Shown here: positions 8,782 through 12,548 of the stretch, piece after piece
Layout: each line of letters starts with the position of its first letter
Position numbering within the stretch: position 1 is the stretch's first letter
Source: Candidatus Velthaea sp.
GTDB taxonomy: Bacteria > Vulcanimicrobiota > Vulcanimicrobiia > Vulcanimicrobiales > Vulcanimicrobiaceae
Direction of reading: 5' to 3'
Assembly: GCA_965214935.1 (NCBI GenBank)
Contig: CBDCCS010000013.1
Coordinates: forward strand, 1-12,548
Length of the DNA: 12,548 nucleotides
Position numbers and translations under genes: made by a program
The notes under the pieces: generated by a model
What the model was told of the DNA's origin: nothing
Seen by the model: only the letters and a program-made list of their open reading frames with translations
The model's database searches: none

Positions 8782-9422
8782 ACGATGTCCCTTTCTGCCC
8801 GTGGCGGCCCGGTCATGCCGGCGTCGTCGACGGCGCCGCTCCTTGCCGTTAATGCCTTGCGCAACAGCTCCTTGGCACGGAAAAGATGCGTCTTTACCGT
8901 ACCCATCGGCAGATCGAGCACCTGCGCGATTTCTTCGTACTGCTTGTTCTGTAAATGATAGAGCGTTATCACCGTCCGGTATTTCTCGGGTAACGCATCG
9001 ATTGCGGCGCGCAGCCGCCGGGCGTCGTCAGCTAGCTCGGCGTGGACTTCGGGGCCGGCCGCCGGATCGGCGCGGTCGGGTAATGCATCGCCGCTGAAGC
9101 GCTTGCGTCGGGCGAGCCGGTCGCAGCTTGCGTGGTACGCGATCGTCAGAATCCAGGTCGAGAATTTGGCCCCCGGCCGGAACGTACGCAGCGCTCGAAA
9201 CGCTTTGAAGAACGCCTCTTGCGTTGCGTCCTTCGCGTCTTCGGAATCACGCAGCGTCCGGTATGCTAGATGGTAGACGGCGCGTTCGTACCGCTCGACG
9301 AGCGTGCCGAAGGCCGCAGCCCGGCCTGCGATCGCGGCGGCGATCAATTCGTCGTCGGTCGCCGGACCGGGCGCCGAGACTATCGGCTCGGCCCGCGGTG
9401 CGTCCAGAAGCGCTGTTGCCAC
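8778..9422 (-). CDS. ECF RNA polymerase sigma-70 factor, SigW-like
   Basis: Region 2 (AFGTLVERYERAVY...DAKDATQEAFFKAF...KFSTWILTIA) and region 4 (LPEKYRTVITLYHLQNKQYEEIAQVLDLPMGTVKTHLFRAK). Start placed at GTG 9422, just downstream of the ECF-type promoter. Confidence 0.93.
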   Translation of the reverse strand: MATALLDAPRAEPIVSAPGPATDDELIAAAIAGRAAAFGTLVERYERAVYHLAYRTLRDSEDAKDATQEAFFKAFRALRTFRPGAKFSTWILTIAYHASCDRLARRKRFSGDALPDRADPAAGPEVHAELADDARRLRAAIDALPEKYRTVITLYHLQNKQYEEIAQVLDLPMGTVKTHLFRAKELLRKALTARSGAVDDAGMTGPPRAERDIV

Positions 9423-9433
9423 GATGCGCCATG

Positions 9434-9459
9434 TACGCAAGCCGTCCCGCAATGTTTCG
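9434..9459 (-). promoter_or_regulatory. ECF (SigW-type) promoter for the sigma operon
   Basis: Minus strand reads CGAAAC-ATTGCGGGACGGCTTG(16)-CGTA, matching the B. subtilis SigW consensus TGAAAC-N16-CGTA. It lies 11 nt before the sigma GTG. Confidence 0.85.
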
Positions 9460-9470
9460 TATTCGGCGGC

Positions 9471-9496
9471 CGAAACATCGCCGCCGGGCCGCCGTA
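9471..9496 (+). promoter_or_regulatory. ECF (SigW-type) promoter for the DUF4097/DUF6249 operon
   Basis: Plus strand reads CGAAAC-ATCGCCGCCGGGCCGC(16)-CGTA, a mirror copy of the leftward promoter. Confidence 0.85.
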
Positions 9497-9533
9497 CATG
9501 GTGCAGTTCATCCGTCGCTACAGGATACGCAAC

Positions 9534-9641
9534 ATGACGATCAAGCCGCAACCCTTAAGCCACCCGTTCTCCGCCCCCCGGTTTCCGTTCGGTTCGCCGC
9601 GACCCGCGACGACGTTTGCAGGTTGGGGACCGAAGATCTAA
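9534..9641 (+). CDS. Putative 35-aa Pro-rich small ORF (MTIKPQPLSHPFSAPRFPFGSPRPATTFAGWGPKI)
   Basis: AGGA (9522-9525) lies 8 nt before ATG 9534. The ORF is downstream of the rightward ECF promoter, and its stop ends 3 nt before ATG 9645 in the same frame. Confidence 0.45.
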   Translation: MTIKPQPLSHPFSAPRFPFGSPRPATTFAGWGPKI

Positions 9642-9644
9642 TTC

Positions 9645-10592
9645 ATGAATCGTCGCTGGGCCGTCATTGCCGGTTTGGGCGTGGTTGAATTATGGGTCGT
9701 CGGTTTGATCGTGCGCTCGATCGCCGGTGGCGGTCATCACGCCGTTGAGGCGGCGGTACCGGCAGCGCCGGCGGTTTACACGTCGCCGGCATTCACGCGC
9801 GCCGATATCGACCGGACGATTTTAACGTCGAACGCTCCGAGCGTCATCATCGACGCCGCCGGGTTCGCGCTCAACGTCGCGGTTCGCGCCGGTCGGACCG
9901 TGAGCGTCCGCGAACTTGGCCGCGGGCACGGCTGGATGCGCGAAAACGAGCAGCCGCTGGACATCCGGCAGTCGGCGGGCGGCGTTACCATCCTGCGGCC
10001 GGGCAACGATACCGACGTGATGTTTTTCGGCTCGAACGAGCGGCGCTTGGAGGTAATCGTTCCGCCCGATGCACGTCTGGACGTCAGAAACGCGGGTGCG
10101 ACGACCGTCGCGGGCTTGCGGGCTGATGCGACGCTGCACAGCGAGGACGGATCGATCATGGTGAGCGATCATGCCGGCGCGTTGCATGTCACGACGGACG
10201 ACGGCAGTATCGAACTCGTCAACGTCGCTGGTTCGGCGATTGAAGCCGGCTCGCACGACGGGCACATTACGTTCGATCGAGTTCGGGCGGATCGCGTCGC
10301 GGTAACGGCCGGCGACGGGTCGATCGATATCGTACGCTCGCTGCTGCACGGCGGCAAAATCCAGACCGAGGATGGACGGGTGGCGCTGGGCATCGATCCG
10401 CTCAGCAACGTGACCATCAGCGCGAGTTCGTCGTCGGGCGAAGTGAACGCGCAGACACCGCTGCAAGCGACTGCCGGCGGCGACGATGACGATGCGCCCA
10501 AGAGCATTCGCATCGGCGATGGCTACGGCCGTTTGGATGTCGGTAGCGACGACGGATCGATTTCGATACGAACGTCAGGAGTAGACGTATGA
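9645..10592 (+). CDS. DUF4097-family beta-strand repeat protein with N-terminal membrane anchor
   Basis: MNRRW followed by a hydrophobic helix, LEVIVPPDARLDV, and repeats SEDGSI, TDDGSIEL, SHDGHITF, AGDGSIDI, TEDGRVAL, SSSGEVN, SDDGSISI. Confidence 0.85.
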   Translation: MNRRWAVIAGLGVVELWVVGLIVRSIAGGGHHAVEAAVPAAPAVYTSPAFTRADIDRTILTSNAPSVIIDAAGFALNVAVRAGRTVSVRELGRGHGWMRENEQPLDIRQSAGGVTILRPGNDTDVMFFGSNERRLEVIVPPDARLDVRNAGATTVAGLRADATLHSEDGSIMVSDHAGALHVTTDDGSIELVNVAGSAIEAGSHDGHITFDRVRADRVAVTAGDGSIDIVRSLLHGGKIQTEDGRVALGIDPLSNVTISASSSSGEVNAQTPLQATAGGDDDDAPKSIRIGDGYGRLDVGSDDGSISIRTSGVDV

Positions 10593-11173
10593 GTAACAAT
10601 GCGGTCGCCGCGATCGCGGTCTTCTGTATCTTCGGAGCACCGATCGCTGCTTTCATTATCATGCGCGTACTCTCGCATCGGGAACGCATCGAGATGATTC
10701 GCCGCGGCATGATGCCCCCGCAAGCGTTCCGGCATGCCCGCGGTTGGCAAGCCGGCAGCGTCGCGCCGCCGCCGGTGCCGCCGCCCTGGGTGCCGGGTCC
10801 GAGCGACACCGATTCACCCGACCGGAGCTTGCGTAAGGGAATAACGCTCGGTCTCATCGGTCTGGCGCTGCTCATCGGGCTGTCGTTCATCGGTTCGGAT
10901 ACGAACGGTCCGCTCAATTCACTCGAGATTCATCCGGGTCCATGGCTGCTCGGCGGACTTATTCCGATGTTCGTCGGGATCGCGCAGATCATCGTGGCGC
11001 TGCTTTCCGGCGCTCACCTCGGGCCGCCGTCCATGCCGCCGGGCGATCCGTACGCGGGCGGACAGGGCCCGTCTCGCGCCGCCGGTCCCGACTACGTCTA
11101 CGGTCCGGAGCCGCGCACGCACTCGGGTTACGAGGAACTCAAACGGCCCGTGCCGCCACCCGATCGGCGCTAA
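10589..11173 (+). CDS. DUF6249-like three-TM membrane protein with Pro-rich linker and tail
   Basis: SD AGGAG and ATGA overlap. TM1 is followed by HRERIEMIRRG, then SLRKGITLGLIGLALLIG and GLIPMFVGIAQIIVALL, which is the layout I recognise as DUF6249. Confidence 0.75.
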   Translation: MSNNAVAAIAVFCIFGAPIAAFIIMRVLSHRERIEMIRRGMMPPQAFRHARGWQAGSVAPPPVPPPWVPGPSDTDSPDRSLRKGITLGLIGLALLIGLSFIGSDTNGPLNSLEIHPGPWLLGGLIPMFVGIAQIIVALLSGAHLGPPSMPPGDPYAGGQGPSRAAGPDYVYGPEPRTHSGYEELKRPVPPPDRR

Positions 11174-11218
11174 AAGTGAAAATCGCGGGTTGCCTGAGCG
11201 GCCCGCGATTTGCTTGTT
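11172..11218. terminator. Probable bidirectional intrinsic terminator
   Basis: Stem AAATCGCGGG (11180-11189) / CCCGCGATTT (11202-11211) lies just after stop 11173. There are T-rich tails on both strands (TTTGCTTGTT on +, TTTTCACTTTT on -). Confidence 0.75.
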
Positions 11219-11281
11219 GCACTCGTTGCATTTACGAGTACTGCATCAGGTAACGAAATTCCGATCGTAGCGACGATCGCT
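11172..11281 (-). ncRNA. Candidate ~110-nt sRNA or structured 3' UTR
   Basis: A -10-like TAAAAT (11293-11288) is followed by three consecutive hairpins (11279-11262, 11241-11219, 11211-11180) and a U tract. No known family recognised. Confidence 0.35.
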
Positions 11282-11373
11282 CAAACAATTTTATACAGTA
11301 GCTACGATAAGCGGAAAATTTCTCGCTTTACATCCGCTGTTCGTCTCAATCAAGCTCCAGAAAGACCGAACAC

Positions 11374-11514
11374 TCAGCGGCAACTGACGATCGCCATGGC
11401 CCAACCGGCCGACGTTCGCGTGCGAACGAGATATCCGTGTTCCGTGCGGTCGTAAACATGGTAGCCCGCTTTCAATGCGTCAGCCAACGTTTTAAAGACC
11501 ATAACTCCGGCCAT
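11374..11514 (-). CDS. Small hypothetical protein, 46 aa (MAGVMVFKTLADALKAGYHVYDRTEHGYLVRTRTSAGWAMAIVSCR)
   Basis: SD AAAGGA about 8 nt before ATG 11514, a globular beta-alpha-beta-beta-beta-like residue pattern, and a plausible upstream promoter. Confidence 0.8.
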   Translation of the reverse strand: MAGVMVFKTLADALKAGYHVYDRTEHGYLVRTRTSAGWAMAIVSCR

Positions 11515-11590
11515 CTCGGTTTCCTTTCCGGCGATTTGCCGTGATATCTCTTTAACGCCGGCCGGCGTAGGATGGTTCACGCGCGTTCCC

Positions 11591-11620
11591 ATTCTATCGG
11601 TAGGCACGCCGCAAAGTCGA
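11591..11620 (-). promoter_or_regulatory. Possible sigma70-type promoter for the 46-aa gene
   Basis: TCGACT-N18-TAGAAT on the minus strand, about 75 nt upstream of ATG 11514. Confidence 0.4.
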
Positions 11621-11781
11621 TCAAATCGTTAAACATAACGGAGTATTTACACGCTAATTGCAGCTGCGTCGGCTTCGGACTGCTCTCGATTTGAACTCGC
11701 TCCGCTTTACGATCTGCAGACAACGCACAAGACGCGGCATTCGGCCGGTTTCTTAGGTATCGCGCGGACGTTCGTCTAAGC

Positions 11782-12504
11782 ATGACGGCCATGGCAACAC
11801 GGCTCGTGGTCGCAATCGACGTCCCGACGTTCGATCGGGCAAAGCAGCTTGTCGATACGCTGGCCCCGCTCGATGTACTTTTCAAAATCGGTTACGAGGC
11901 AATTTACGCCTACGGCGATGCGCTGCGCACGCTGCTCGAGGCGCGCGGCGCTGCCTATATGCTCGACGTCAAATTGCATGATATTCCGCGGACGGTCAAG
12001 GCCGCCGTGAGAGCACTGGTTCGCCCCGGCGTGCGGCTGCTCACCGTGCACGCGATCGGCGGGAATGCAATGCTGGTCGCCGCGGTCGAAGCGGCAGCCG
12101 AACGGGCGGCCGAACTCGGCATCGCCCCACCGGAGATCTTGGCGATCACGCTCTTGACGAGTATCGCGCCCGAAGAGCTTAACGAACTCGGGCTGCAAGG
12201 CGGACCGGGAGAAAACGCGATCCGGCTCGCCGCCTTGGCGCGCGATGCGCGCTGCGCGGGCGTCGTTTGCAGCGTCCATGAGGTTGCCGATCTCAAAGCG
12301 TTCTTCGGTCACGCGTTCGTTGCATTGTGTCCGGGGATCCGTCCGGCCGGTGCTTCGCACGGCGATCAACTTCGGGTCGCGACACCGCATGCTGCCGGTG
12401 TTGCCGGTGCCGATTACATTGTGGTCGGCCGGCCGATCGTCGCCGACGCCGATCCGCTGAGTGCCGCTCGAGCGATCCTCGATGAGCTGGCCGCCGGCGT
12501 ATGA
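11782..12504 (+). CDS. pyrF: Orotidine-5'-phosphate decarboxylase
   Basis: LVVAID, FKIG, catalytic DxKxxDIxxT (LDVKLHDIPRT), LTVHAIGG, PGIRP, DQxRVATP, GADYIVVGRPI. Start is 11782 or 11791. Confidence 0.97.
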   Translation: MTAMATRLVVAIDVPTFDRAKQLVDTLAPLDVLFKIGYEAIYAYGDALRTLLEARGAAYMLDVKLHDIPRTVKAAVRALVRPGVRLLTVHAIGGNAMLVAAVEAAAERAAELGIAPPEILAITLLTSIAPEELNELGLQGGPGENAIRLAALARDARCAGVVCSVHEVADLKAFFGHAFVALCPGIRPAGASHGDQLRVATPHAAGVAGADYIVVGRPIVADADPLSAARAILDELAAGV

Positions 12505-12548
12505 ACCGGGCGGCGAGTGCATTGCGCGACGCACTTGTCGAGCGGGGC
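12501..12548 (+). CDS. N-terminal fragment of a coupled downstream gene, possibly orotate phosphoribosyltransferase
   Basis: ATGA overlap with the pyrF stop and open to the edge (MNRAASALRDALVERG). The pyrE identity is inferred only from common pyrF-pyrE synteny. Confidence 0.5.
   Translation, partial: MNRAASALRDALVERG

Noticed and set aside
9423..9551. N-terminal extension of the sigma factor
   Set aside because: It runs through both ECF promoters, so it would not be on the autoregulated transcript.
11515..11545. GGCAAATCGCCGGAAAGG on the minus strand, resembling the start of a c-di-GMP-I riboswitch
   Set aside because: The P2 stem does not close, there is no downstream GACGCAAAG-like element, and the sequence runs directly into the SD.
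11731..11752. GAAAC...CGTC on the minus strand as a third ECF promoter
   Set aside because: The spacer is 13 nt rather than 16. The GGAAAC sites near 3545 and 6291-6296 also lack a correctly spaced CGT.
11640..11781. PyrR attenuator upstream of pyrF
   Set aside because: No PyrR-binding loop consensus or terminator with a U tract is visible.
1..12548. CRISPR array, IS/transposase, integrase, tRNA or rRNA
   Set aside because: No regularly spaced direct repeats, recombinase motifs or recognisable structural RNA sequence were seen.

Overview
GC-rich bacterial chromosomal window with no mobile element, CRISPR array, rRNA or tRNA. The left part holds a large minus-strand MASE4-GAF-3xPAS-HisKA sensor kinase that runs off the window edge and is missing from the ORF track, then a DsbA-like thioredoxin-fold gene, and a divergent PadR(PhaQ-like)-MBL hydrolase-GNAT operon. 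The centre holds a probable cell-envelope stress divergon. Two near-identical back-to-back SigW-type promoters (CGAAAC-N16-CGTA) point leftward into ECF sigma, a small 2-TM putative anti-sigma, an OmpR regulator, a HAMP kinase and a secreted DUF4097-like protein. They point rightward into a 35-aa ORF, a DUF4097 protein and a DUF6249-like membrane protein. The regulator and kinase appear to need non-canonical starts (ATT and CTG). The right part holds a terminator hairpin, a candidate three-hairpin sRNA, a 46-aa small protein, pyrF and the start of a coupled downstream gene (possibly pyrE). Family assignments come from motif recognition by eye, not database searches.
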